Below are positions 18,064 through 28,011 of a stretch of DNA of 28,828 nt, one piece after another. How positions within the stretch are numbered: the first letter of the stretch is position 1; each line of letters starts with the position of its first letter. A program made the translations under genes and the position numbers. This DNA comes from Armatimonadota bacterium. GTDB lineage: Bacteria; Armatimonadota; Zipacnadia; Zipacnadales; UBA5352. The stretch lies in NCBI GenBank assembly GCA_034722055.1, contig JAYENL010000210.1, forward strand, positions 1 to 28,828. Reading direction: 5' to 3'. Under the pieces are notes generated by a model. That model saw only the letters and a list, made by a program, of their open reading frames with translations. It made no database searches and was not told the DNA's origin.

Positions 18064-18348
18064 GTGCCCGTCGTGGTGGGGCTGCTTACCGTTGACCTGT
18101 TCATCTCCGACGCCCTCACCCTCAAGGACAGGCGGCGGGTGGTCAGGAGCCTCCTTGACCGGCTCGCCCAACGGCACAACGTCGCCGTGGCAGACCTGGG
18201 CCCCGACACCCCCACCCGAGCGGAGCTGGCCATCACCACTGTCGCCAACGAGGAGGCCCACGTGCATCGCGTGCTCAACGCCGCTCTGGCGCTGATCGAG
18301 TCCGAGCGGCGCGCGGTCTGCGAGCACAGCCAGATCTCCGTGCTCTGA
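18064..18348 (+). CDS. DUF503 (YlxP-like) protein
   Basis: 94 aa with LKDRRRVVRSLLDRL...NVAVA; conserved position between infB and rbfA. Confidence 0.85.
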   Translation: MPVVVGLLTVDLFISDALTLKDRRRVVRSLLDRLAQRHNVAVADLGPDTPTRAELAITTVANEEAHVHRVLNAALALIESERRAVCEHSQISVL

Positions 18349-18397
18349 TCCGCGCGGCGCCCACCGGCGCGCGGAGCGGACAGGAGGATCGGTCGCC

Positions 18398-18778
18398 ATG
18401 ACCACGCATCGCCAGGAGAGCGTCTCACGAGAGCTTCAGCGAGAGATCTCGGACATCATCCGCACCGAGATCGATGATCCCCTGATCGGCTTTGTCACCA
18501 TCACCGACGTGGAGATCTCTCCCGACCTCAAGCACGCCCGCGTCTACTTCAGCGTCCTCGGCGACGAGCAGGAGAAGGCCGACACCGCCAAGGGCGTTCG
18601 CCGCGCCGGGAAGTACATCCGCAGCCTCATCGCCGAGCGCATGGAGCTGCGCTACGTCCCCACGCTCCGCTTCGAGCTGGACGAGACGGCCGAGCGGGCC
18701 CAGCGCGTCGAGCGGCTTCTGCGCGAGGAGGCCGAGGAGCTGAACCTGGAGGAGTCCACGCCCGATGACCAGCAGTGA
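18398..18778 (+). CDS. rbfA: Ribosome-binding factor A
   Basis: DPLIGFVTITDVEISPDLKHARVYFS, LRYVPTLRFELD. Confidence 0.95.
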   Translation: MTTHRQESVSRELQREISDIIRTEIDDPLIGFVTITDVEISPDLKHARVYFSVLGDEQEKADTAKGVRRAGKYIRSLIAERMELRYVPTLRFELDETAERAQRVERLLREEAEELNLEESTPDDQQ

Positions 18779-19742
18779 TTCCGCGGCGGATGTGGCGGCT
18801 GCCATCCGGGAGGCCTCAGCCGTTTTCGTCGCCTGCCACGAGAATCCCGACGGCGACGCCATCGGCTCGCTGCTGGCCCTGCGGTCAATGCTGCTGTCGC
18901 TGGGCAAGCGAGTGCACGCGGCGGCGCCCACGCCGCCGCCGGTGCGGTTCAGCTTCCTGGCCGGGTTCGACCGGATCACGGCCGAGCCGCCTCCCTGGGA
19001 GCCCGATCTGGGCATCGCCCTGGACTGCGACGGGCCCGAGCGGCTGGGCGAGCTGAAGGAGAGCCTGCTGGCCGCAGCCACGGTCGTGGACATGGACCAC
19101 CACCGGGGCGTGTCGGCCTTCGGCGACATCCTCTACGTGGTGCCCGGCGCTCCCGCCACGGCCTCCCTGGTCATGGCGGTGGCCGGCGAGTTGGGCCTCT
19201 CCCCCACCCCGGAGCAGGCAACTGCACTTTACGCCGCCCTCATCGCCGACACCGGCGGCTTCCGCTTCACCAACACCTCGCCCGAGGCCCTGCGGCTGGG
19301 CGCCGAACTCATCGCCGCCGGCGCCGACCCCGCCGACCTGGCCCGCCGCGTCTTCAGCGTCCGGCCGCTGGCCGCCGCGCGCCTGGAGGCCCGGGCTCTG
19401 GCATCGCTGGAGATGCACGACAGCATCATCATCGCCACCCTCCACCGCGACGACTTCGCGCAGAGCGGCGCCGACCCCAGCGACACTGACGGGCTGATCG
19501 ACTCCTTCCGGGACGTCACCGGCGTGCAGGTGGCGGTGCTGCTCAAGGAGACCGAGCCGGATGTGTGGCATGTCAGCCTGCGGGGCAACGGCGTGAACGT
19601 GGCGTCGGTGGCCGCGCACTTCGGAGGCGGCGGCCACGCCTTCGCGGCCGGCTGCACCCTCGAGGGCCGGCGCGACGGAGTGACCGCCCGTCTGCTGGAG
19701 GCCCTGCCACGGGCCGCCGGCGAGGAGGCCGGCGATGCCTGA
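18765..19742 (+). CDS. nrnA: DHH/DHHA1 bifunctional oligoribonuclease/PAP phosphatase (NrnA)
   Basis: HENPDGDAIGS, LDC, DHH, DTGGF, SLR and FGGGGHAFAAG; position rbfA-DHH-truB. Confidence 0.9.
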   Translation: MTSSDSAADVAAAIREASAVFVACHENPDGDAIGSLLALRSMLLSLGKRVHAAAPTPPPVRFSFLAGFDRITAEPPPWEPDLGIALDCDGPERLGELKESLLAAATVVDMDHHRGVSAFGDILYVVPGAPATASLVMAVAGELGLSPTPEQATALYAALIADTGGFRFTNTSPEALRLGAELIAAGADPADLARRVFSVRPLAAARLEARALASLEMHDSIIIATLHRDDFAQSGADPSDTDGLIDSFRDVTGVQVAVLLKETEPDVWHVSLRGNGVNVASVAAHFGGGGHAFAAGCTLEGRRDGVTARLLEALPRAAGEEAGDA

Positions 19743-20649
19743 GGGCCTCCTGAACATGCTCAAGCCCCCGGGCATGACCTCCCACGACGTGGTGGACCGG
19801 GTGCGCGAGATCATCGGCCTGCGGCGGGTCGGTCACACCGGCACCCTCGACCCCGCCGCCGCCGGCGTCATGGTGCTTATGGTGGGGGGAGCGACTCGCC
19901 TCAGCGAGTACCTCACCGCCCGCGATAAGGTCTACCGCGCGGAGATCACGCTGGGTCTGGCCACCGATACCCTCGACGGTGAGGGCGTGATCGTGGAGCG
20001 CCGGGACGCCGGCGACATCAGCCGAGAGGCCGCCGAGGAGGCGCTGGCGGCGCTGACGGGCGAGATGGAGATTACCCCCCCGCTGCACTCGGCGGTCCGC
20101 CATCAGGGCAAGCGCCTGTATGAGATCGCGCGCGCCGGAGGCGAGGTGGCGGTCGAAACGCGCCAGGTCACGATCCGGCGCTTTGAGCTGCTGGACTTCC
20201 GTCCCGGGGAGCTGACCCGGCTGCTGGCGGAGATCGAGTGCTCCAGCGGCACCTACGTGCGCAGCCTCGCGGCCATGGTCGGCGAACGCCTCGAGCGCCC
20301 GGCCTACCTGTCGCTTCTGGTGCGCACGCGCGTGGGGAATCAGCGCGTCCAGGACTCGCTGACGGGCACTGAGCTGTCCGAGGCGGTCCGCGCGGGGCGG
20401 CTGGAGGAGACGCTCATCGCGCCCGAGGACGCCCTGGAGGACTGGCCGCGCATCGGGTCCGAACACCCGGAGGCGCTGGACCTGTGCCGTGGACTGCAGA
20501 TTCGAGCTCCCGCCTCGGTGGAGCCGGGCGGACACGTGCTGGTGATGACCCCCGACGACCGCCTGCTGTGCGTGGCGGAGCTTGTGCGTGAGGGTGGAGA
20601 GACGATGGTGCAGCCCCGCCGGGTGCTGCTGGGCGAGGACGAGATCTGA
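19735..20649 (+). CDS. truB: tRNA pseudouridine(55) synthase
   Basis: KPPGMTSHDVV, GHTGTLDPAAAGV, CSSGTYVRSL. Confidence 0.96.
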   Translation: MPEGLLNMLKPPGMTSHDVVDRVREIIGLRRVGHTGTLDPAAAGVMVLMVGGATRLSEYLTARDKVYRAEITLGLATDTLDGEGVIVERRDAGDISREAAEEALAALTGEMEITPPLHSAVRHQGKRLYEIARAGGEVAVETRQVTIRRFELLDFRPGELTRLLAEIECSSGTYVRSLAAMVGERLERPAYLSLLVRTRVGNQRVQDSLTGTELSEAVRAGRLEETLIAPEDALEDWPRIGSEHPEALDLCRGLQIRAPASVEPGGHVLVMTPDDRLLCVAELVREGGETMVQPRRVLLGEDEI

Positions 20650-20653
20650 CATC

Positions 20654-21685
20654 ATGCACATCGTGCACTGGAGCCCCGGCCTCCACTTCCCCACCCGGCC
20701 GCGCGCGGTGGCGCTGGGGGCCTTCGACGGCCTGCACCTGGGTCATGCCAGGACCATCCAGGTCATGCGCAGCTTCGCACACCGCAGTGGCGCCGAGGCG
20801 ACGGTGCTGACCTTCAACCCCAGCCCCCGTGAGTTCGAGCACGGGCAGCGCCAGCCGGGCCGGCGGCTGACACCCGTTGACGAGCAGATCTACTACCTGC
20901 GTCGGCTCGGCATCGACACGGTGGTTCTCTTCGAGTTCCCCGGCCGGATCCACGCGGTGGAGCCGGAGGAGTTCGTGCGCGACATCCTGGTGCGGCAGCT
21001 CAGCGTCGTGCACGTCACGGGCAGCAGGACCCACCGCTTCGGGCGCGGCGGCCGCGGCGACCTGCAGATGCTGCACGAGCTGGGCGCGGAGTACGGCTTC
21101 GGGGTGGAGACGGTCAGCCCCGTGACGCTGGGAGGTCAGCGCGTATCCAGCACACGGATCCGCGACCTGCTTGCCGAGTGCAAGGTGCACCAGGCGGGAG
21201 CGCTGCTGGGCAGACCCTACGCCATCTGCGCACCAGTGGTGGCCGGCGCCGGCCTCGGCACTAACCTGGGTTTCCCAACCGCGAACCTGAGACTCCCGCG
21301 GGAGAAGGTCCTCCCCGGTGACGGCGTCTACGCCGGCCTCAGCGGCAAGGTCAGGGGCGGCGACTACCAGGCCGTGGAGCAGCCCCGGCCGGCGGCCATC
21401 AACGTGGGCCTGGCGCCCACCGTGCGCGGCGATGAGCGGCTCGTCGAGGTGCATCTGACGGGAGAGCAGTGCGACCTCCGGGACTCCTGTATCAAGGTGG
21501 AGTTCCTGCGCTGGTTGCGCGACGAGGAGGAGTTCGAGGACACCGAAGAGCTCTCCGCCCAGATCGGGCGTGACGTCGAGCGGACGGCCGAGCTGGCCGG
21601 CCGACCGATGCCCGAGGAGCTGCTCCGCTTCAACGACTTCTGCACCTCAGAGTACGTGATCCGGCGCGGCGATTGCGCTGGTTGA
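20654..21685 (+). CDS. ribF: Bifunctional FAD synthetase/riboflavin kinase
   Basis: GAFDGLHLGH, VSSTRIR, LGFPTAN, GVYA, EVHL. Confidence 0.94.
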   Translation: MHIVHWSPGLHFPTRPRAVALGAFDGLHLGHARTIQVMRSFAHRSGAEATVLTFNPSPREFEHGQRQPGRRLTPVDEQIYYLRRLGIDTVVLFEFPGRIHAVEPEEFVRDILVRQLSVVHVTGSRTHRFGRGGRGDLQMLHELGAEYGFGVETVSPVTLGGQRVSSTRIRDLLAECKVHQAGALLGRPYAICAPVVAGAGLGTNLGFPTANLRLPREKVLPGDGVYAGLSGKVRGGDYQAVEQPRPAAINVGLAPTVRGDERLVEVHLTGEQCDLRDSCIKVEFLRWLRDEEEFEDTEELSAQIGRDVERTAELAGRPMPEELLRFNDFCTSEYVIRRGDCAG

Positions 21686-21711
21686 CAAAGCCGGGGGGCA
21701 TGGCCTATACT
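21682..21711 (+). promoter_or_regulatory. Putative sigma70 promoter of the ffh operon
   Basis: TTGACA-18 bp-TATACT; the -35 overlaps the ribF stop codon. Confidence 0.7.
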
Positions 21712-21858
21712 CAGTTGCTGTGAAGCGGTTGCACCAGGAATCGGCCGGATCGGGCGTTTCTCCGGGGTCCGGCCGCGTTCTGTCTCGGACGCGATCTCCG
21801 GTGACGGTGCAGTGGGAGGGCCTTTGACCACAATACGGGGGCATGGAGGTATTGGCGG

Positions 21859-23193
21859 TTGTTTGAGACGCTGACGGACAGACTTCAGAGAACTTTCAAA
21901 GAGCTCAGCGGGCGGGGCAAGCTTCGCGAGCGAGATATCCGCTCCGGCCTCAAAGACGTGCAGATGGCGCTGCTCGAGGCCGACGTGAACTATAACGTCG
22001 TGAAGGACTTCGTGAAGCGGCTCCAGGCGGAGGCGTTGGGTGAGGACATCCTGGAGGGGCTCAACCCCACCCAGCAGCTCGTGAAGATCGTTCACGACGA
22101 GCTGGTGGAGCTTCTGGGCGCCGAGCACGCCGAGATCGAGTTCGCCGACCAGCCACCGACCGTGATTCTGCTGTGCGGCCTGCAGGGCAGCGGGAAGACT
22201 ACCACCGCGGCAAAGCTGGCCAGGCGCCTGCAGAAGGAGGGGCATCGGCCGCTGCTGTGCGCCACGGATGTGTATCGGCCCGCGGCCATCGAGCAGCTCA
22301 AGCAGGTTGGCGAGGAGGTGGAGGCCGAGGTCTTCACCCTCGCGGAGGGCGACCCGGTGCGCATCACCGAGGCCGCCGTCGGCCACGCCCGCTCCAAGGG
22401 CTACGAGGTGGTCATCGTGGACACCGCCGGGCGCCTGCACATCGACGAGGAGATGATGCAGGAGCTGTCGGCCCAGGCCGAGGTGCTCGATGACCCGGAG
22501 GTGCTGCTGGTCGTCGATGCCATGACCGGCCAGGAGGCCGTCACGGTCGCCGAGGACTTCCAGGACGCTCTGGAGCTGGACGGGCTGGTGCTGACCAAGC
22601 TCGACGGCGACGCCCGGGGCGGCGCGGCCCTCTCGGCCCGAGCGGTGACCGGGCGGCCGATCAAGTACGTGGGGGTGGGCGAGAAGCTCGACGCCCTGGA
22701 GGTCTTCCATCCCGACCGGATGGCCTCCCGCATCCTGGGGATGGGCGACGTGCTGACGCTGGTTGAGAAGGCCCAGGAGGCGGTTGACCAGGAGGCGGCG
22801 CAGAAGCTCCAGGAGCGGCTGATGACCGCCCAGTTCGACCTGGAGGACTTCCGCGATCACCTGCGCAACGTTCGGAAGATGGGGCCGCTGGACCAGGTCA
22901 TGAAGATGATCCCGGGCATGGCCCAGCAGATGCCCGATCTCAGCGCCGCGGACCTCGACGAGCGGGAGCTGGACCGGGTCGAGGCCATCATCAGCTCCAT
23001 GACGTCCCAGGAGCGGCACAACCCGGATGTCCTCAACGCCTCCCGCAAGCGCCGCATCGCCAGGGGAAGCGGCGTGTCTGTTCAGGATGTCAATATCATG
23101 CTCAAGGAGTTCCGCGAGCTGTCGAAGATGATGAAGCAGCTCACCGGCGGCAAGCGGGCCCGCATCGGGAACATGCAGATCGGCCTGCGCTAG
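21859..23193 (+). CDS. ffh: Signal recognition particle protein Ffh
   Basis: TTG start after GGAGGT; ALLEADV, GLQGSGKTTT, DTAGR, TKLDGDARGG, SRKRRIARGSG. Confidence 0.97.
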   Translation: MFETLTDRLQRTFKELSGRGKLRERDIRSGLKDVQMALLEADVNYNVVKDFVKRLQAEALGEDILEGLNPTQQLVKIVHDELVELLGAEHAEIEFADQPPTVILLCGLQGSGKTTTAAKLARRLQKEGHRPLLCATDVYRPAAIEQLKQVGEEVEAEVFTLAEGDPVRITEAAVGHARSKGYEVVIVDTAGRLHIDEEMMQELSAQAEVLDDPEVLLVVDAMTGQEAVTVAEDFQDALELDGLVLTKLDGDARGGAALSARAVTGRPIKYVGVGEKLDALEVFHPDRMASRILGMGDVLTLVEKAQEAVDQEAAQKLQERLMTAQFDLEDFRDHLRNVRKMGPLDQVMKMIPGMAQQMPDLSAADLDERELDRVEAIISSMTSQERHNPDVLNASRKRRIARGSGVSVQDVNIMLKEFRELSKMMKQLTGGKRARIGNMQIGLR

Positions 23194-23217
23194 CCGGCTG
23201 AAGGGAGAGACGCGAGG

Positions 23218-23610
23218 GTGGCCACCAGGATTCGACTCAAGAGGGTCGGCGGCAGGAATGACGCGCATTTCCGCATCGTTGTCGCTGACGGCCGCAAGCG
23301 GCGAGACGGTCGTGTCATCGAGGAGCTCGGCTGGTACAGGCCGAGCGGCGAGACCAAGCTGGAAGTCAACAGCGAGCGCGCGGCCGACTGGCTGAGCGTG
23401 GGAGCACAGCCCAGCGACACGGTGCGCTCGCTTCTGCAACAGGCCGGGGTCATTGAGGGCCCAGTCGAGGAGACTGCTCAGGAGGCAGAAGGGGAGACGG
23501 AGACCGAAGCCCAGGAGGCTGCTGAGGCCGCCGAGGCCGTCGAGGCTGAGGAAGCGGTGGCGGAGGAGCTGGAAGGGGAGGGCGAAGAGGAATCTGAGGA
23601 GGCCTCGTAA
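23218..23610 (+). CDS. rpsP: 30S ribosomal protein S16 with acidic C-terminal tail
   Basis: RIRLKRVG..FRIVVAD.R..RDGRVIEELGWY.P..WLSVGAQPSDTV. Confidence 0.95.
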   Translation: MATRIRLKRVGGRNDAHFRIVVADGRKRRDGRVIEELGWYRPSGETKLEVNSERAADWLSVGAQPSDTVRSLLQQAGVIEGPVEETAQEAEGETETEAQEAAEAAEAVEAEEAVAEELEGEGEEESEEAS

Positions 23611-23694
23611 CCCGGCGCCGACGACGAGGGCACGAGAACCTGCGCTTCTCGCACGCACCACGCACCCACTCATCGTGGACTGGGGGCGCCGCCG

Positions 23695-23925
23695 ATGCGC
23701 GAGCTAGTGGAGCTGATGGTCAGGTCGCTCGTGGACGAGCCCGAGCAGGCACGCATCAACGAGGTGGCGGGGGAGAGTATCGTCGTATACGAGGTTTCGG
23801 TGGCTGAGAGTGACCTGGGGAAGGTGATCGGCAAGGGCGGGCGCATCGCCAACGCCATGCGCACCATCGTCAAGGCCGCAGCCACCAAGATGGACAGGAA
23901 GGCCACCGTCGAGATCCTCTCCTGA
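23695..23925 (+). CDS. khpA: KH-domain RNA-binding protein KhpA
   Basis: 76 aa with DLGKVIGKGGRIANAMRT; follows rpsP. Confidence 0.92.
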   Translation: MRELVELMVRSLVDEPEQARINEVAGESIVVYEVSVAESDLGKVIGKGGRIANAMRTIVKAAATKMDRKATVEILS

Positions 23926-24001
23926 CCCGGCGCAGACGGACGTGCCGTCACGCGAGGGAGAGCAACCCGGCCGGCACCGCCGGCATGGAGGGTCGTTTCT
24001 G

Positions 24002-24502
24002 ATGCCCGATTCCGTCACGATCAAACGCGACGTCATTCTGCGCGCCATCGTTACCGAGGGCCTCAAGGAGGAGCTCGACGACGAGTTCGAGGAGGCCATC
24101 GGGCAGCTCGATCAGCGCATTACTCAGCTCGACATCGGTGCGCGGCAGTACGTCACCGAGCTGCAGCGCAACGACATCCAGCAGGCCATGGCCGTGCGCC
24201 AGCAGATCGAGGCCGAGAAGCGGCGACTGCGCCAGGCCAAGGATGGGCTGATCCAGCGCCAGCGAGCGGTCCAGGAGCTGGAGCTGGGCTCGGAGATCAT
24301 CCGCGGGACGCTGGAGGGGCAGACCGAGGTGCAGGTCGGTGACAACCTCCAGACCGCCCTCCGGGGCGTGGAGGTCGTCGTCAAGGACGACGAGATCGTC
24401 GAGATCCGCGAGACCGAGGGTGGCGTGAGCCTCGAGGCAGAGCGAGAGGTGACCCCGGAGGTTGCCACCGAGGTCGAGACGCCGAGCATTGAGCGGCCCT
24501 GA
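24002..24502 (+). CDS. YlqD-family protein
   Basis: Coiled-coil with V.VGDN...VEVVVKD..IVEIR; conserved position between khpA and rimM. Confidence 0.82.
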   Translation: MPDSVTIKRDVILRAIVTEGLKEELDDEFEEAIGQLDQRITQLDIGARQYVTELQRNDIQQAMAVRQQIEAEKRRLRQAKDGLIQRQRAVQELELGSEIIRGTLEGQTEVQVGDNLQTALRGVEVVVKDDEIVEIRETEGGVSLEAEREVTPEVATEVETPSIERP

Positions 24503-24998
24503 TGCCGACTACATTGAGCTGGCCACCGTCGTCAAGCCACATGGCCTTGACGGCGAGGTGTGGGTGGACCTGAACACGGACTTCCCGGAGCGTCTCCCGC
24601 AGTGGTCCGATCTGCAGCTCGTGGGGCCCGCCGGCGCGCGCCAGGCCCGCGTGGAGTACATCCGCGGCATCACCGGCGGACGCTGTATCGTGAAGCTGCA
24701 GGGCGTCGAGGATCGCGATCAGGCGGAGGAGATTCGCGCGGCCAGCCTGCAGGTGCGGCGGCACGCTGTCCCTCCCCCGCCGGACGGCGAGTACTACGAC
24801 TTCCAGATACTGGGGCTGCGCGTGGTGACAGCAGACGGCTGCCACCTGGGGCGAATCCGGGATATCCTCCGGACGGGCGCCAACGATGTCTATGAGACCG
24901 ACCGCGCGCTGATCCCGGCCGTGGACAGATACATCAAGGAGATCGACCTCGAGCGGGGGGAGATGGTGGTGCAGGAGGTCGATGACCTGCTTGAGTAG
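24489..24998 (+). CDS. rimM: Ribosome maturation factor RimM
   Basis: KPHGLDGEV, TDFPER, GEYY...ILGL.V, TGANDVY, LIPAV. Start uncertain (TTG 24489 chosen). Confidence 0.92.
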   Translation: MSGPDADYIELATVVKPHGLDGEVWVDLNTDFPERLPQWSDLQLVGPAGARQARVEYIRGITGGRCIVKLQGVEDRDQAEEIRAASLQVRRHAVPPPPDGEYYDFQILGLRVVTADGCHLGRIRDILRTGANDVYETDRALIPAVDRYIKEIDLERGEMVVQEVDDLLE

Positions 24999-25001
24999 AC
25001 G

Positions 25002-25772
25002 GTGAGACCGGTGCGCATTGACGTGGTGACCCTCTTCCCGGAGATGATCGCCGGCGCGCTGGACTTCAGCATTATGGCGCGGGCTCGTGACGCCGGGCTG
25101 GTCAGCTTCGGGGTCCACAATCCGCGCGATTGGACTACCGACAGGCATCGCGTGGTCGATGATACGCCCTACGGCGGCGGCCCAGGGATGGTTCTCAAGC
25201 CCGAGCCGCTGACGGCGTGTCTGGAGGAGATCATCGGCGAGGATCAGCCGGCGGTGATCCTGATGACGCCGCAGGGCGAGCGGCTTAGCCAGGAGCACGC
25301 TCGTCGGCTGTCGATGCTCGACCGGCTGGTGGTTGTCTGCGGTCACTACGAGGCGATTGACGAGCGCGTCAGGCAGCGCCTGATCACCGAGGAGATCTCC
25401 ATCGGCGACTACGTTCTGACCGGCGGCGAGCTTCCCGCCCTGGTGCTCATCGACGCCGTGGTGCGCCTGGTGCCGGGCGTGCTGGGCAACGAGGCGTCCG
25501 CCGCGGCGGAGTCCTTCGGGAACGGGCTGCTGGAGCATCCGCATTACACGCGCCCGCCGCAGTTCCGCGGGATGAGCGTGCCCCAGGCACTGCTGGAGGG
25601 CGATCACGCCCGGGTGCGGCGGTGGCGGCGAAAAACGTCTCTGCTGCGCACCCTGCGGCGCCGGGCCGACCTGCTGGCACGCGCTGAGCTGTCCGAGGAC
25701 GATCGGGAGCTGCTCGCCGAGATCGCGAACCAGGGACTCAGCGCCCCCGAGGCCGGCAGCGAGGACACCTGA
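25002..25772 (+). CDS. trmD: tRNA (guanine37-N1)-methyltransferase
   Basis: [46 protein letters not shown]. Confidence 0.97.
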   Translation: MRPVRIDVVTLFPEMIAGALDFSIMARARDAGLVSFGVHNPRDWTTDRHRVVDDTPYGGGPGMVLKPEPLTACLEEIIGEDQPAVILMTPQGERLSQEHARRLSMLDRLVVVCGHYEAIDERVRQRLITEEISIGDYVLTGGELPALVLIDAVVRLVPGVLGNEASAAAESFGNGLLEHPHYTRPPQFRGMSVPQALLEGDHARVRRWRRKTSLLRTLRRRADLLARAELSEDDRELLAEIANQGLSAPEAGSEDT

Positions 25773-25819
25773 ACTTCGGGCTGAGGCCATGCGTCAGCCT
25801 TATGTGAGGAGCCACGAGG

Positions 25820-26317
25820 ATGACGGACCTTCTGAGGCAAATCGAAGAAGAAAATATGAAGCAGGCCGTGCCGGAGTTCCAGCCCGGCGACAGCGTTCGC
25901 GTGGGGGTGCGCATCAGCGAGGGCAGCGGCGAGGAGCAGCGAGTGCGCGTCCAGCCCTTCGAGGGCGTTGTAATCGCTCGGGACGGCAGCGGCCTGAACG
26001 AGACCTTTACCGTCCGCAGGGTGACGCATGGCGTGGGCGTGGAGCGGGTCTTCCCGCTGCACTCGCCCACCGTGGACAGCATCGAGGTGCTCCGGCCGGG
26101 CAGCCCGCGGCGCGCCAAGCTCTACTACCTGCGTGAGCGGGTCGGCCGCGGCGCCCGCGTGCGGGAGCGGATTGCTCGGGAGGAGATTCCCGCGGAGGCC
26201 GAGGAGGCCGCCGCGGAGGGGGATGAGCTCGCCGCCGACGTCGAGGAGCCCGCCGACGTCGAGGGGCCTGTCGCAGACAGTCAGGAGCCGGCACCGGAGG
26301 CCGAAAGCGAGGGGTAA
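25820..26317 (+). CDS. rplS: 50S ribosomal protein L19 with acidic C-terminal tail
   Basis: [47 protein letters not shown]. Confidence 0.96.
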   Translation: MTDLLRQIEEENMKQAVPEFQPGDSVRVGVRISEGSGEEQRVRVQPFEGVVIARDGSGLNETFTVRRVTHGVGVERVFPLHSPTVDSIEVLRPGSPRRAKLYYLRERVGRGARVRERIAREEIPAEAEEAAAEGDELAADVEEPADVEGPVADSQEPAPEAESEG

Positions 26318-26336
26318 GGGCGTGCCCGCCGAGTCC

Positions 26337-27224
26337 ATGCTGGCGTTCGACAACCCATGGGAGGTCATCGGCCTCATCGGGGCCATCGTCGCAGTGCGGG
26401 TGGTGGTGCCGCGCATCGAACTCAAGAAGTCGATGCGGGCCACGATCCTGGAGTTCGTGGACTCCATCCTGGTGGCCGCGTTGCTGGTATTCTGCCTGTT
26501 GCGGCCCTTCGTGATCCAGGCGTTCTTCATCCCGTCGGGGTCGATGAGCCCCACCCTCCTGAAGGGCGACCGGATCCTGGTGAACAAGTTCATCTACTTC
26601 CTCCGCGATCCCAAGCCCGGCGAGATCGTGGTCTTCAACGCTCCCCCGGCCGCCTCGGAGATGGACAAGGACTTCATTAAGCGCGTGGTGGGGACGCCGG
26701 GCGATCGTCTTTGCGTACATGACGGGGCGCTCTATCGTAACGGGAAGCGCATCGAGGAGGAGTACATCGCAGGGACGCCTCATTACGTCTGGCCCCCCAC
26801 TCCTCATGACCCGATGACACCCTCGACACTCCATCCGAATGAGGACGCCGCAAAGGCGGCAGCGCTGTACTACGCACAAGCGCCGGATGGCGTGGCCCAA
26901 ATCACACAGCACTCGGCCGACTGGGTACGCGTGACGGCGCAGGTTGCTGCCTCAAGAGACAGCCCTCGCCTGTACCGGGTGGAGCTGCGGTGGGACGATG
27001 ACTGGCACACCTATGACCGGCAGTCCCTCTGCTGCGAGGTGCCCGAGGGAAGTCTGGTCGTGATGGGCGACAACAGGAACGACTCCAACGACAGCCACAA
27101 GTGGGGCCACTGGGACCCGCGTACGGGGAAGTACGTCAACCAGCCCTACCTGCCGCGCGAGAACGTGCTGGGAAAGGCCATGGTCATATTCTGGCCGCCA
27201 CAGCGGATTCGGCTGCTGAACTGA
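26337..27224 (+). CDS. lepB: Signal peptidase I with internal insertion
   Basis: Two TM helices, IPSGSMSPTL (Ser), DFIKRVVGTPGD (Lys), MGDNRNDSNDS, GKA..IFWPP. Alternative GTG start at 26322. Confidence 0.93.
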   Translation: MLAFDNPWEVIGLIGAIVAVRVVVPRIELKKSMRATILEFVDSILVAALLVFCLLRPFVIQAFFIPSGSMSPTLLKGDRILVNKFIYFLRDPKPGEIVVFNAPPAASEMDKDFIKRVVGTPGDRLCVHDGALYRNGKRIEEEYIAGTPHYVWPPTPHDPMTPSTLHPNEDAAKAAALYYAQAPDGVAQITQHSADWVRVTAQVAASRDSPRLYRVELRWDDDWHTYDRQSLCCEVPEGSLVVMGDNRNDSNDSHKWGHWDPRTGKYVNQPYLPRENVLGKAMVIFWPPQRIRLLN

Positions 27225-27249
27225 TCTCGCTCCGCCAGAGGACCATCTC

Positions 27250-27294
27250 GGGCCCGCACGCGCTCCCTCCGGGGTTTACAGTGCGGGCCTTTTT
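27250..27294 (+). terminator. Putative intrinsic terminator after lepB
   Basis: GGCCCGCAC..GTGCGGGCC stem followed by TTTTT; the 21 nt loop is long for a terminator. Confidence 0.55.
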
Positions 27295-27321
27295 GCAACA
27301 CTGAGCACAGGGGACGGCACG

Positions 27322-28011
27322 ATGACCCCCGGCCAGCATCCGCGATATGAGTTCGGCCAGCCGGACCAGTGGGCGCTCGACCAGGGCTACCGCCTGGTAG
27401 CCGGCGTGGATGAGACCGGTCGCGGCGCCATGGCGGGGCCGCTGGTCGCCGCGGCAGTGGTGGTGCCTGAAGGCGTGGAGCTGCGGCTGGTCAACGACTC
27501 CAAGCTGCTGACGCCCCAGCAGCGGAACGCGGCCTCCGAGGAGATACGCAACCGCGCCGCGGCGTGGTCGATCGGCATGGTGGAGCCGGCCATGATCGAC
27601 CGCCTGAACGTGCAGGGCGCCACCTGGCTGGCCATGCGGCGCGCGCTGGCGGGGCTGACGGTGCAGCCGGACTTCGTCCTTTTCGACGGCCTGGAGCCTC
27701 GCGGCATGGACTGCGAGCACAAGGCCTTCGTGGGAGGGGACGCCTGCTCCCCGCGCATCGGCGCCGCCTCTATCATGGCCAAGGTCACCCGGGACCGAGC
27801 CATGGAGCGGCTGGACCTGGTGTATCGCGGCTACGCGCTGGCCAGCAACAAGGGCTACATCACTCCCGAACACTGCCGGGCGCTGCTGGAGCTGGGGCCC
27901 TCCGCCATCCACCGGCGGCGGTTCTGGCGGGTGGCACAGCAGCGCCGCGAGCACCTGCCCTTCGACGACGAGGAGCTGCGACGGCTGGGCGTGATTGGAG
28001 GCGAGAGCTGA
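27322..28011 (+). CDS. rnhB: Ribonuclease HII
   Basis: [49 protein letters not shown]. Confidence 0.94.
   Translation: MTPGQHPRYEFGQPDQWALDQGYRLVAGVDETGRGAMAGPLVAAAVVVPEGVELRLVNDSKLLTPQQRNAASEEIRNRAAAWSIGMVEPAMIDRLNVQGATWLAMRRALAGLTVQPDFVLFDGLEPRGMDCEHKAFVGGDACSPRIGAASIMAKVTRDRAMERLDLVYRGYALASNKGYITPEHCRALLELGPSAIHRRRFWRVAQQRREHLPFDDEELRRLGVIGGES

Noticed and set aside
26028..26321. Extended lepB N-terminus (likewise ribF 20582, lon 10747, prepilin 27564)
   Set aside because: These extensions overlap neighbouring genes; family similarity starts at the downstream codons chosen.
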